Shown here: positions 50,617 through 63,275 of the stretch, piece by piece | Numbering within the stretch: position 1 is the first letter of the stretch | Layout: each line of letters starts with the position of its first letter | Source: Vicugna vicugna | Taxonomy: Eukaryota | NCBI GenBank assembly: GCA_013265495.1 | Contig: MU062133.1 | Span: 15,945,885-16,009,884 of the forward strand | Direction: 5' to 3' | Length of the DNA stretch: 64,000 bases | Notes under the pieces: generated by a model | Databases searched by the model: none | The model's input: the letters and a program-made list of their open reading frames with translations, nothing else | What the model was told of the DNA's origin: nothing | Made by a program: the position numbers and the translations under genes

Positions 50617-51030
50617 TGTTGTGATATAATAAGAAATATATACTTGGCTTTTGTTCCTTCTAAAACCCTTGGAATTCCCTGAGTGATGGGGTGACAGGAG
50701 CATCTGTTCTTAATCATGATGAGCCTCTTTCACGATGTCTGAGTTTATACTAATGAGCTGACTCTTAGAGGATGGGGGCTGGTTACCGGAGGAACAAAAT
50801 GTGTGATTAAAGGGTTGGAAATTTCAGCCCTGCCCCAACCCTGCCCATTTCCTTCCCTACTCGCCTGCCACCCCCAGGAAGAGGAGAGGTACTGAAGACT
50901 GAGTTCAACCACCAATGGCCAATGATTTAATCAATCTTGCCTACATAAAGAAGGCTCCATAAAACCCCTAAACAGCAAGGTTTGAAGAGCTTCGAGGTTG
51001 GGGAGCCCAGGAGGGTGTGAATGCCCTTCA
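50617..51030 (+). mobile_element. MER21A/B-like LTR, 3'-truncated
   Basis: tgttgtgatataataagaaatata...ctaaaacccttggaattccctgagtgat...accaatggccaatgatttaatcaatc. Confidence 0.8.
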
Positions 51031-52730
51031 CGTGGTCCATCCCAAATTTCCCCTAGAAACTCTGCCCAAAATAGGTGCTTGATAAAGGTCTGCTACTTAG
51101 AGTCAGGAAGCGAGCCTTTTTACTTCCTATTCCAACCCCTCTCTCCACCCCATTGTGTCTGGTTTCTTATTAATATCATTTCCAAACACTAAGCACCTTA
51201 TGCTATGACCACAAGGAGGTGACTGGTGCCCTCCTTGGGTTTGTAATCTTTTAGGGGAGTCAGAGAACTAAATCCAGAAGAGGAAATTGTGGGGCCAAGT
51301 GGGCAATTCTTGCTGAGAGTGATCCCAGCTGGCCATGCAGCCAGGAAAGGCTTTCTGAAGGAGGGGAAATGTGAGTGAGGCCCTGAAAATCAAGAGGGTT
51401 GTGGAAAGGAGGGAAAAGACATCCAGGGACAGGAAGGGCTTGGTGGGAGATGAAGCAGTAGGAATGTCGGGGCACAATCGGGGGAAGGAGCAGCCCAGCT
51501 TTGTTGGAATGTTGACCGGGGTGGGGGGCTTGCTGTTTGTAGGTGGAGAACGGGGCTAGGGGGGAGGACTTAGAAGGGCCTCCAGTACCAGGAGAAGCCG
51601 CTCAATGGAATGGTCTGCTCATAATCTCCATTCCCCAATCCAGACCTCTTCACCTGGTTATCTTGTACCTTTATGTGAGCCCTCCCCATCTCGAGAAAAA
51701 TGGTCAAGAGATGAGTTTGGATATCTAGGCTAATGTGTGAGAACTTTGTACACCCACCAGGGTTCTCTCATTGGCATGACCAAAATCGGTAAGGATTTCT
51801 TAGCACTCTGAGCTGTTTACACATCTCAATTCTTTCATCCTCTGAACACCATCATTTTGCAGGTAGGAGTCAAGGAGCCCCCTCGAAGAGCGAGAAGGAA
51901 ATAACCACAGCACGGGGAAGATGCTGTTAAGGCAACATGGAAGGTTCTGGTGCTGGCGGTACCAACTAGGGAATATCAGCCCAAGACATATAATTCTCCT
52001 CGAGGTGATGTCCTCATCTGTGAAATGGGTATGTTAAAAATATCCGGCCTCCCACTTCACAGAGCAGCTGCAGGAGGCAGTAACTTGAGGGGGGAAATAA
52101 ACAGCATAAATGCTAATCACAGACACTAGCATCTAAACACACAGTGCCTTCTCTAGATCAGGAGGGGGTGGATGGATTTTGGGGACTATAAAATGATGAT
52201 GGGAAATTAAAATTTTTTTTCACTCTCAAGAGGAAGAACTGAGACATGGAGAGAGAAAGCAGACAGAATTCTCGAGTAATTTAACGGCAGACAGAGGCAA
52301 GGAATTCAGGTCTCTTAGCATCCAGTCCCCCTGCCTTGGCCTTTGGTTGAGGGTGACATGTGGGTGGAAGTTCAGGAATTGAGTGACGAGGCCTGGTTAA
52401 TTCTGCTGCTTCATTTTCACAAATGGCACTTATCAGCACTCCCTTTCTGGAAACTTCTAACGCCTGGGAGAAATCATTCTGGGCAGTTCTCTTGCCCAGG
52501 AAGCTGCATGTGTCATGGACCTGCTGTGGGTGATAGTGTGATGTAGAGAACAGGTCCTGGACTTTGTTCCACCACTGTCTAATGGGTGACCTGGGCTGGC
52601 TGCTATCCTTCAGTTTCTTTACCTATAAAAAGGGGACAGCAATCTGTCCCACCCACCTCCCAAGGGATGGAGGGCCTATGTGAAGGACTGAGCTGGGGGA
52701 AGTCAGGGGCATGGACTCCGCCTCACTCAC

Positions 52731-52852
52731 CTCTTTGACCCTGTGCAGCAGGGGCTGGAGCCAGTCCCTGTTCACCTCACAGTGGCTGTCGAGGAAAGTC
52801 AGGGTGGTGCCCTGGGCTATATCAGCACCCCGGATCCGGGACCGGACCAGAC
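52731..52852 (-). CDS. GALNT14: GALNT14 exon 6: catalytic DxH (DSH) motif
   Basis: (G)[40 protein letters not shown]. 122 nt. Confidence 0.98.
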
Positions 52853-52983
52853 CTGCAAGAGGGACAAACGGTTAACTGGGTGCCACTGTTGCTCAATTGT
52901 CCAACCACACTGAACACACACACCCAAAGGCACACACATACCACTGATCCCCACACCCCTACCCCCAGGCCCGCCCAGCAGCA

Positions 52984-53011
52984 CACACCTACCTTGCCAC
53001 ACCTACCTTGC
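52984..53011 (-). repeat. Exact 14-nt tandem duplication covering the exon 5 splice donor
   Basis: Plus strand cacacctaccttgc x2 (52984-52997 and 52998-53011). Minus strand GCAAG|GTAGGTGTG x2. Confidence 0.95.
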
Positions 53012-53072
53012 CGCTCATTATTCCGTAAGCATTTCACCTTGGGCAGCTTGATGAGCTGTTTGCAGTCCTCAG
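53007..53072 (-). CDS. GALNT14: GALNT14 exon 5
   Basis: (P)[21 protein letters not shown](G). 66 nt using the in-frame donor. Confidence 0.96.
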
Positions 53073-55150
53073 CTGCAAAGACAAAAGGTGATGTGGATTG
53101 AGAGCCCAGGGATGGAGGTGAACGTGCACAGTAGGTGAGGCAGCCCGGGCTCCCGTCCCCACCCCCAACTACCGGGCCCCATCCTGACTCAGGGTGTTGG
53201 GGGCTTTGGAAGGGGCTGACTGGCCACGGCTATCAGTATACAACGTGGCTCAGTCTGTGCAAAGTGGCCTTGGGGGGCCTCTTGGGAGCAGGTCAGTCAC
53301 ACAGTGGCACCTGTGTAATTGCTGGAACACTTCCGGATGGCATGGTCACCTGGGGACATTGCTCCTTTTCTATAGATCATTCAAAGCATGAGACAGGAGT
53401 CCTATTCACTTAAGTAGGGTCTGGTAAAAAGTTGCTGGGAGGCCAGAGAGTAGGTGAGATAACTTTTGGAGTTTCCTTTCAGATCATGGACACTTAGTAA
53501 AGGAGACTCTGTTTGTTAAGGAATCCAGGCCATGTACTCCATCACAAAGAGCTGGCTCACCTCTCCACCATGTGGGGAGCTATGCCAGGATGGGCAAGAG
53601 ACCGGTCTTGGGGACCCACCCTGGCTTGCCTGCCTGCCCCATCACTCCTCTAGTTCACCAATTCTTGGTGCTGAACTCTGGACCTTCAGTTTTGGTTTTG
53701 CTTCACTGGTTTACCAACCTTAGCCTCTCTGCTTGGCTCTGGACTCTACAGAGTGACCACAAAGACGCATAGGGGCTTCTGAGCCAAGGACTGTTCAAAG
53801 CACTTCAAATGTATTAACCCAGTTATAGCCTTATATAAACTGTATATATTATTGTTCTCTCCATTTTACAGGCAAGGCAACTGAGTCACTTTCAGGTTGA
53901 TAAGGCACACAGCCAGGAAGAGAGTAAGGGACAGGTCTAGGATTTGAAGCCAGGCAATTGGCACCAGGGGCCACGCTCTGACCACTCAGCTACTCCGCTT
54001 CTAAGTGAATCCAGCAGCATTTCCTTCTCCAGCTTCAATGGCAGGCTACCTCCTGGCAGGAAAACTGTCTCCCACCTCCAACCCTTCCTCACTAGGGAAG
54101 GGAGATCAGATCACAGAGTTTCAGAACTCAAGCCCAATCTTATTACCCTGGATCTGGTGCACAAATCACTTTGGCATTATTTCCAAAGTTCGGATGCTGT
54201 GTCAGGGATGTGGGTTTCCAGCCTTCCTACAATAGACCCCAGTGTGGCAGTGGCTTCTACGCCCAGCTTCCAGCACCAGGGCTGGTGGGGATAGACTCCA
54301 CGCTTCTGCGACTTGGAGCTGTCCCTAGTGGCCACCACCCGCTTCCCCCGTTTCATCACAGGGAAGAGGCAGTCCTGCCTGGATGTGCTGACTGCCTGGA
54401 ACAGCACCGGGGCTGGGACGATGGCTCTCAGAAGAGGAGTCAGCACTACCAGTGCTTGAAGTGTAAGACTTCTACAACAATCATACTGTCAAACTGAACA
54501 TACAGGTGTCTAAAAACACCCGTGTGCTTTTCTCAGGGCAAGGGGTCTTGGAGTATGAATTTGGGTGGGACCGAGGTTCTTGGACAGTAACGACCAGTGG
54601 TTGGAAGGTTGGAAGGCAGCTGCTCACTGTCACGGCCAGATGATGGGATGTCCCCAAAACAGAGTCCTCCCAGCCCAGCCCTGCTGTGGGAATGGAAGGG
54701 GGAAGATGGGTGCCCTTAGCTCAGGCTGGCGGATTATCAGAACATATGAGCCAGGAATCTCCAGATGTGACACTGCTTCAGGGCTTGAGGTCCCAGTGTC
54801 CATCCTTTGAAAGTGTGGGGCCTCTTTTCATTTCCAGGAATGCAGGTTGGGGACAGTGCCACATAAGCACGTGCATGCATACATTTGTAAACACACCAAC
54901 CACATCAGCAATCAACTAAATTGAACTGGGTAGATCCTCAAAGACTCATCGCAGAGAACCCAAGACATTGTTTTTCAGATGGAAGGTTTATGTACTTCTT
55001 GAGCCCCGTATGGACACTCAAAGTCTTCTATACCCACTACAAACCCAGGCTTTCCTCCATCCCCAGAGAACCAGCAGGCTCACCTCTGCCAGTTATACAG
55101 GGGCTGGGAACACATTTGTGTCCACAGTACCGGGGAGTGATGGTACTTAC

Positions 55151-55218
55151 GGTCATTGCTGAAGTCATCCACTAGTATGATTTCCTGGATCAGGTTCATA
55201 GGGGTACGGTTTAATATG
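55151..55218 (-). CDS. GALNT14: GALNT14 exon 4
   Basis: (S)[22 protein letters not shown](P). 68 nt, GTAAGT donor. Confidence 0.97.
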
Positions 55219-55769
55219 CTGTGAGTTGGAAAGAGGAAAGAGCATTATGATTTCTAGTGGCAAATCTATGTATTAACCTAAGCTTTAAATAGACACCACT
55301 GTATTTGAAGAATAAAACTCAGCCACACAACTCACCTGAGAGCCACCAGAACATAACCCTGCTTTGTCTTAACGAATGCCACCACCACCCCCAGCACCCA
55401 GACAGAGATTGGGAAGTCATCCTCAAAGACACTCCCTCTCCTGGAAATCCTGTATCACATCAGTGACCAAGATGTGCTGGTCCTCCTGGAAAATGAGTGA
55501 GAATTAATTGCTTCCTCCTCTGGGGCTCCCTCTGCCGTTTGTATCTGAAGCTTTCTGACTATGAGGGCTGGTTTTGCTGGCCCCCTTTAATGGTCATCTC
55601 CCAGGGGACAGAGGCCTTGTCAAGTTACTGTCTGTATTGCCAGAGTCCAGCTGTGCCTTGGCCCATAACCATTCCCTCCAGGGATGTTCAGTGCACACCT
55701 CCTATGTGCTAGGTTCTGGGTATATGATGAGTAAGGGGAGATGTGAGCTCTGACTCCAGAAGCTTGTGG

Positions 55770-55930
55770 TCTAGGGGCTACTTACTATAAGCTGTGTAAC
55801 CTTGGGCAGGTTACTTCACTGCTCTGTGCAATGAAGTACTCCCATCTGTAAAATGGGGATAGTAATAGTAGTACCTGCTTCACAGGGCCGTTGGGAGAAT
55901 TAAAGGAGACTGCTTCTAAAGCAGTTAGCA
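55770..55930 (+). mobile_element. MIR SINE
   Basis: agctgtgtaaccttgggcaggttacttcac...catctgtaaaatggggatagtaatagt. Confidence 0.85.
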
Positions 55931-57886
55931 CAATTTCTGCTGATAAAAGCATTAAAAAGTGGTAGCAACGATTACTGTTTTGCGTGGACCCATAGCGGTT
56001 TTTGAATTGACTTCATTTACCCTCCAGTACTGTGGATCTGTACCCAAGGAACAAGGTGAGGCTTCTATGTTCACTCAGGGTCTCAGGCCTGAGTGAGACA
56101 GCTGGATCCTGCTTATCCTGAACACCCCAACCCACATGGTTCCTCAGAAACATTCCTGGACCACACCACCCCTTGTGGGACACCCAGAGCCCTGTGTGTG
56201 CTGGGGAGGGGGTTCGGATGGGTGCTGGTGGAGGTGGGAGGACATCTCGGGAGGACCATTCTGAGCCCCATTTCAGGTGAGCTGCCCTTTCTAAGCAGGA
56301 TGCAGAGACTTTCCGGGAGGAGTTCTTTGCCTGGAGCTGCCTTTATTTATGAAGCCTTAATTCTCACCATGGCAACTAGTGCAAGGTGGAGAGAGGAACC
56401 CAGATCCCAGCTCTGAGCCCGCTGCTGGGAGGTGGGGACATGGAGGGCAGGAGGTGGTAGGAGGGAACCCTCACCACAATCATCCAAAAGAAAACACGCC
56501 AAACCCAACAACCAGCCCTCTCATCAGAGAGGGAGGGGGAGAGGGAGGCAGAAAGAGAGGGGAAAACTTGCTCGAAGAATACCCTCTAATGAGGTTTGAT
56601 TACGGCTGGAGCTTCTGCATGCCATTCCCCCAAATCCCGGCTGGCTCTTTGAAATTCAAGAGTTCTCTTCTGTGAACATCAAAAGGTAAATCGTGTGCAG
56701 CTCTGTGCTGGTTGAACGGAGAGATGATTAGCAAATAAAAAATGTCCAAGTTTTAGAAAAGAAAAAAAAAAGGAGCAAAATCGTCAGCAGTAAGTGCTAA
56801 TTAGACCATTTCCTGGTAACACCTGGCTGGTTTTTGCTCTAAACAGAGCAATTGGTGTGATGGCGGGGGTGCTCCCAAAAAGTGGCTCAGAGCTGGGAGG
56901 GCCTGGATGGCAGGTGCTCTGGGTTCTTGGGTTGGCCGGAGAAGAAGGAAGGTCAAGCCCAGCCCAGGGGACCTGGCTCAGTCCAGATCGTACCCCCAGG
57001 CCCTACCGTCTGCACATCCCACTGTCATCCTCACCACCCAGACCCTGGTTGTTTGAGTCTCTCTCCTTTGGTCTCACCAGTTCTTCTGCCAGGACATCTC
57101 ACCAGCCCCTCCACAGCAAGGTCAAGCCTCCCTTTTCTCCAGGGCCCGGCTTAGCATGCACTTTTTCCTTGCCTCACTTCCCCGTGGCTGCTCCATACCC
57201 TTTCCTTTCTTAGCCTCGCGTGGGAGTGAGTGCCCACCTCACGGGTGCGTCCAGGTCACATTCACTCTGGGAATTATCCCAGAACTGGGTCTCCTAGTCA
57301 CAGCGCTGTTCTCTGCCAGAGGGCGGATGCCATCAGTGTCTACACCTTCTGCCTGCTGAGCCCTAACCACGGGCTACCCCCCACCTCCGAGCACTCTGAG
57401 AGGTGGCAGGTACGGCAGCGTGGGAGGCCAGGCAGCCTCCTCCATCTACTCCTGTGCGATCCTGTGCATGACGCCAGACTGCTCCCAGCCTTCATTTCCA
57501 TCTGTAATTACATTTTCCTTGTAAAGGCAGGCGATATTAATACTTGACCTACTTCACAGGCTTTTGTGTGTATGAAATGAGGAAATGCATTTGCGATCGC
57601 TTTGTGAACTGCATGGGGCTCTATGCAGGCAGCGTTTATCAAAGGCTCCAGAAATACCAGTAGAATGAAGACCTGAGGCTGGTTGACAGTTGAGTTTAGT
57701 CGTTCTGGAATCAGACTGACTTGGGTTCAAGTGCTGTGTCTGCCCGTCCGCCAATCACTAGCTGGAGAGCTCCTGTAAGAACTGAGCCGTCAGCACCACA
57801 ACTTCCTCAGCCCCAGGAAAAGGGCTGAGCACCATGCCCGGCACACAGCGGCTGCTCTGCAGTCTGGGTATTGATAATCACTACGA

Positions 57887-58078
57887 TCCTGGTTCTCAGA
57901 GTGTGATCCCAGAGTCAGCAGCCATCATGTCACCCGGGGACTTGTTAGGGATGCGAATTCTAGAGCCTCCCTCTAGACCCACTGAGTCAGAATATCTGCC
58001 GGTGGGGGGGCTCAAGAAATCGTGTTTTAACACGCCTTCTAGGGGATTCTGATGTCCACTCAAGCTTGAGAGCCAGGG
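57887..58078. mobile_element. MER5A DNA transposon
   Basis: tggttctcagagtgtg...gacccactgagtcagaa...tgttttaacacgccttctaggggattctgatg. Confidence 0.85.
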
Positions 58079-58199
58079 CCTTAGAACCCAGCTGCCCACC
58101 TGGGCTGGAGGTGCCTCACAGACCTGCTGTCACCTGTCCAGGCTCACTCTGCACCAAGCACTCTTCCAAGGCCTTTACCTGCCTGAACTCATTCACCCT

Positions 58200-58340
58200 T
58201 CTCTACAATCGTGTGAGGTAGTTATTATCAGTGGTCTTTGTTTGGCAGAAAAGGAAACTGAGGCAGAGAGGGGAAGGAGATGCCCAGGGTCACACAGCTG
58301 GTAAGGGCAGAGCAGGCAAATCTGGCCCCAGAACCAAGTT
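58200..58340 (-). mobile_element. MIR SINE
   Basis: aggaaactgaggcagagagggg...gcccagggtcacacagctggtaag. Confidence 0.8.
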
Positions 58341-60960
58341 TCTTAACAGCTGAGCCTGGGAGACTGCTTCTCTCAATCTCAGTTGTTACAAAAAGCAACA
58401 GCATGGAGACTTGGGGTGGCAACCAGTCAGTTGTGCACACTCGAGCCCCGAGGGAAGCATGGGGCTGGAGGATGCCCCAGAAGGAAGGGGACAGCCCTGG
58501 GTCTCACATATGCACACAAACCATTCTTCAGGGCTCTGCTCCGTCCCTAAGTGAGGAAAGTCCCCTAATTCATCAAGGTTGTGACTCTCTCTCCCTTTCC
58601 CCAACACCCACCCACTGTGCCTCTGTCTGGTTCTGAGTGCCCCCATGTGTATCTTCCCAGCCCCCAGCCTCCCAGCTAACATAGGAGCTCAGGGGGCAGA
58701 GGGCTTGGGCAGAGACAGGCAGAGGGACAAAGGCCTGGCCGGGCGCTAGGTGGGAGGGAGGAGAGGGCAGCTGTCTTCCCCAGTTCCTAGGGCATCTTTC
58801 CTCTGCCAGAGCCTGGAAGCAAAGCCATCAGATTTCTAGAAAGTTAAAGATGAAAGACACCTTAGGAAGAGTCTTTCATCGATGACAAAAGGCAGACAGG
58901 AAGTGCTCTCATTCAATTCTTTCTCGGTGGCTAGCGGTTTATTTGTGTGACAGGATAGAGAGTGGACGGGAGGTACGAATTCCCAAGGCAAGTGACATCT
59001 GGCCATGGAAGTTCCTGGAAGTAAGCTTCCTTGCCTCCCCCTTGAAATTCACTTCCATCCTACCTGCTAATGATGCTAATGCTGGTCTGGTCACACCTGG
59101 CTCCTGGGCCCCCATTCTGTTGTTTTTGTGTGTCACACTCGGGTCTGGGCAGCGGTGTGTGGTTCAGAGAGGCAGGAAAGAGATCAGGGCTCTCTCAGCA
59201 AAGGGCCCAGCAGAGTCTGGAGTATAGTCTGGTACTTCGTGGGGCCTTCTGAAAAGGGTGGTGTTGATGGGTCCCCAGGCCCCTTCCAGAGGGCAGAGCA
59301 CCAGGGCCTCAGTGGACAGAGGCTGAGGCTGCACCCTAAGCTGTCTCCCATTCCCACCGAGAAAGTCAGAGACCCGAATCCTGGCTCCTGCCCTTCCCAG
59401 CTCCGTGGCTTTGGCCTCCATTCACCATTTGCCCCCATGGACATGGGAAACGCCAGGCTGAAGATCATGTGTCTTGGCTGGGCCTTCTCTGCATTTCATG
59501 ACATTCTTCATGAGTGACAGGTGGCACCGAAGACGTGGTGCCCACTGTCAGGACGGGCCTATTGCTGATGCCCTCCCATCCCTGGACAGTCCCATCTGCC
59601 CACAGCCATGCCCGTGTGGGAAGGAGAGGGGAAGGTGCGGCTTATTGATGGAAACGACAAGAGATTTTGCTATGCTTGGTTGTACTCTCTTTGGTCCATG
59701 TTTAATCTTACCTCCTTCTCTGTGGGATCAGGGGACCATCTGATCAGGATGTGCTAACAGATCCAGATGGTCTCCAATGGGCTATGTGTCCCAGGTGGGT
59801 GGAGGTACCTCGGGCACTTTACCCCAGGGCCAGCCCCTCGCTCTGCTGGAGGCGTGGCTGGGTGCATCCTGGTTCCAACACCTTCCCCAGGGGTGCTGAA
59901 GGCCACCACTGGACTGGCCTTGCCTATTCAGGTTGCTGAGAAGAACTCAGAGATCAAAGAGCAAGGGTCAGAACCCCGCTTCATCAGTGTTAGCTGAGTG
60001 ACTCGGGGCCTTAATTTTGCATCTTCAGGTCTCAGTTTCCTCAGCTGTGAAGGTGGCCACTCACCTCCCCAGCTGAGAGCATGAGCCAAGGCGCGTCTGC
60101 ACACCAGGGGACTTAGTGACCAGAGGCTGCTGTGACCACCACCTAAGACGCCAGTGCTCCTGGGGACTGAGTGAGGAGGGGCAGGCCAGGTGATGTTGTG
60201 GGGAGAGGGCTCCAGAGGAGAGGAAGGGGCACAGCATGGGGATGGGGAGCTGAAACAACCAGGGTCTTCTGAGAATGAGGGTGAGGCTTTCCGGGCCAAG
60301 TCTCCAGAGCCCCATCTGTGTTGTAAGGGAGGTCTGCTGAGGGCTGGACTGGGACTTCGGCATATGGAAAACTCCCTGCAGGTCCAAGGCCACACACAGC
60401 AAGGATATGTCTGTCAGAGCAAGGGCATGGCCCAGACTAGGAGCAGAGTGTGGGCAGAGAGGCCTGAGGGGGCACAGGGCTGGAACAGAAGGTGATGGCA
60501 GAAAAAGCAAACGTTAGCCATCACCTTTAGGCTGCCCTGACTTGCACCATGGCCCCTGGGTGTGTGGGAGGCGGTGGAGAGGCAGACCCCAGTACTACTC
60601 CCAGCCTGATGCTGGGGCGGAGTATGTACTCAGCCTCAAGGGGACCCAGCTTCCTTGTCAGCTGTGAAAATGAGAAGTAATGTCCTAGAGCAGTGGTTAA
60701 GGGCAAGCACTCTGGGACCAAGCATTCTGTGACTCTCAGTGACCTTCTACAAGTCATCTAATGCTCCAGACCTCTGTCTTTCCTCCTAAGAAATGGGATA
60801 ATAGCCACCCTCATAGGAGTGTGAGGAGTGACTACCAGTGGGTGTACGTGGAGTGTGCCAAACGGGGCCTAGCAGATACTTAAGATGCCTGAACTGGTCC
60901 CCGGGTGAGCAGGCACACCCTGGCTAAGTGCCGAGGGCTGACAGACGGGAAGGCTCTTAC

Positions 60961-61059
60961 CTGCGGATGGTTCTGAGCAGGGTGGAGCGGGCCTCGTTGT
61001 GGAAGGTGATGATGATGCTGGTCGGGGGGAGGTCCTTGCAGTACACAAGCAGCGTGCAT
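60961..61059 (-). CDS. GALNT14: GALNT14 exon 3, first coding exon in the window (exons 1-2 lie beyond the right edge)
   Basis: (R)[32 protein letters not shown](S), a GT2/GalNAc-T N-terminal motif. 99 nt, pyrimidine-rich AG acceptor and GTAAG donor. Confidence 0.97.
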
Positions 61060-62799
61060 CTTGGGGAGGAAAGGCAATGGAACAAGAAGGCCTTTAGAGG
61101 CAAAGCAGATCTAAAGGGCTGGAACCAAGAGCACCCCCTGTGTGGACAGATGCCTGGTGTCCAGGTGATGGGGAGCCCAGCACTGGGTGAGACCCCAGGG
61201 CTTCACCTGGCCCTAAGGGGGGTGAGGATGCTCTGAGAATGATTAGAGCTGAATCTTCCCTCACCTCGAGGGAACCTGGGCATGGAGCCAAATTAAGCTG
61301 ATGTGTGGAACATAAATGTGGGACTTTCCACCCACCTGAGTTACTGCACAGTGCTTCCTAGTAGCCACACAAGCCCACCTCCAAGTCTTGGGCTCTGCTG
61401 CCCAGTCTCACCGTGTTCCTGTTCCGGGCCACCAGCTCCCACCCCGCATGCCACGCTGACCCCTGACCTCCTGCCACACACACCGAAATCCAGCCTGTTT
61501 AAAGAGGCAGAGCCCTAAAACCAACATACGCAGTAACACCCCATCTTGAAAAAGCATTCATTTCCCTGTGTCCAGGATCATTTGTATGACAATTACATCT
61601 GGGGTAATTTCAATTTAATACCTCACTGCAAGTGAAAATTGTAGCCTGCAGCTCAGAAATTACGATAATAATGGAAATAAACCCACCAAGTGAGGCTGGT
61701 GGCACCAGGGGCGATCGCCGGGTAAATGTTTCCTCCTGTTTCTCGCTTTTTCAGGGATACTAAACGAGGAAGTAAATAACAGATGTTTGGAGAGTCAGAC
61801 ATTTCCTCTCTCCATTTTCTAATTTCTTCCCAGGCTTGGGGCTTTTTATCTGGGGCCCGGACACCCAAGGATGGACTACAAGGGGTATGTGAGCTCTCTG
61901 AAATCATTTGCAAAGTTGTATATGCAAATGTTTTTTTTTTTTCTGGGAAAATGGTTCATAGTTTCAGTAGATTCTCAAAGAAGTCTGTGGCCTAAAACAC
62001 TTAAGAACCTCAGTCCTAGGCCAACGAGCCTGACGTCCCTTTGGCCTCCCTGATAATTCTGAACACTCTTTCCTACAAGAGCAACACTGAATAAAGGCCC
62101 CAGGGGAGGAGACAGTGGAAGGTACATCATGACCTTCAGGCCTTCCTGTGTAGCCCCCACACAGATAATTTCTCACCCCATTACATCAGCTCCACCTACT
62201 AATAAACCCTCCCAGGGGGCCCGGCTCAGAGAGTCTTTACTCCTCTGGGGGATCCCTGAAGCAGCCTCCTCACCAGCCTTCCTGCCTCTGCCCTCTGCCC
62301 CCGCCAGTCATGTCCAGTCCACCACACAGCTCTGCCAGGGCCTTCCCCTGGCCAGAAGCCTTTGGTGGCCCCTCAGGTAGAAAGTCCAAACTCCCTATCA
62401 CAATGGCAGCTTCATTTGCTGCCATAACTCTCTGCCACTGCTCTATTACTTCTGCATGGAGCAGTGTCCTCTCTCTTTTCTCTACTTGAACTCCTACTCA
62501 TCCTTCAAGACCTAGAGAAACTACCCCATCTTCTGGGAACATGTTCCATACTCCCCCAGGTAAGTAATGACCTGTCCTTTGTGCTCCCATAATTCTGTAC
62601 ATATCCCTGTTCTGGCACTTCTCAAGATGCTCTGTCTCCCCCAGTTGACTATGAGTTCCTTGAGGAAAAGACCTTTGTCTAGCTCCATGTCCCTAGAACA
62701 AGAATTAAGTATACCAGATCCCCATTCATGGAGAAAGAGAGAAAGAAATTCAGGAAATGTATTCCTAGGTTAGCTGGCGACTTAGCCGTTTATGGTTTT

Positions 62800-63275
62800 A
62801 AAAGTGCGGTAACCAGATGGCTTCCAAAGATTCTCACCTACTGGTCCTCATGCTTTGTATTCTTCTGTCCCTCATGGGATCAGGGCAAACTTGTATGAGT
62901 AATAGAATACAATGGAAATGGCTGTGGAACTTCCAAGGCTAAGTCACAAAAGCACTGTAGGCCCTGCCTCGGCCCCTTGGGGAGAGCCAGCTGCCGTGCC
63001 TTGATGACACTCAAGCAGCCCTGTGGGGAGACTCTGGCGTGTGGAGGAACTGCGGCCTCCTGCCCACAGCTAGTCTGAATGAGCCACTTTGGCAGTCCAC
63101 CAATTCCTGTCAAGCCATCAGATGACAGCAGCTCCAGTGGCTCCAAGACAAAACCGCCCAGCCAAGATGCTCCGAATTCTGACCCACACAGACTACAAAG
63201 ATGATCATGGTTCCTGCTGTTTTAAGCCACTAAGGTTTGGGGGTGATTTGTTGTGCATTAAATAAGCATTATAAA
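62800..63275 (+). mobile_element. MLT1 (MLT1F/G-like) solo LTR
   Basis: agatggcttccaaagattctc...gacactcaagcagccctgtgg...tgttttaagccactaaggtttggggg. Confidence 0.78.

Noticed and set aside
47920-51030. Two same-orientation MER21-family LTRs as the ends of one provirus
   Set aside because: They look like different subfamilies, and the 2.1 kb between them contains MIR, L2-like and L1 fragments rather than ERV internal sequence.
6281-56770. A-runs at about 6281, 27492, 33473 and 56757
   Set aside because: None has an attached young retroelement or a clear target-site duplication, so they are treated as simple homopolymers.
59515-59550. Hairpin tgacaggtggcacc/ggtgcccactgtca
   Set aside because: A 12/14 stem with an 8-nt loop is too short for a pre-miRNA and is plausible by chance.
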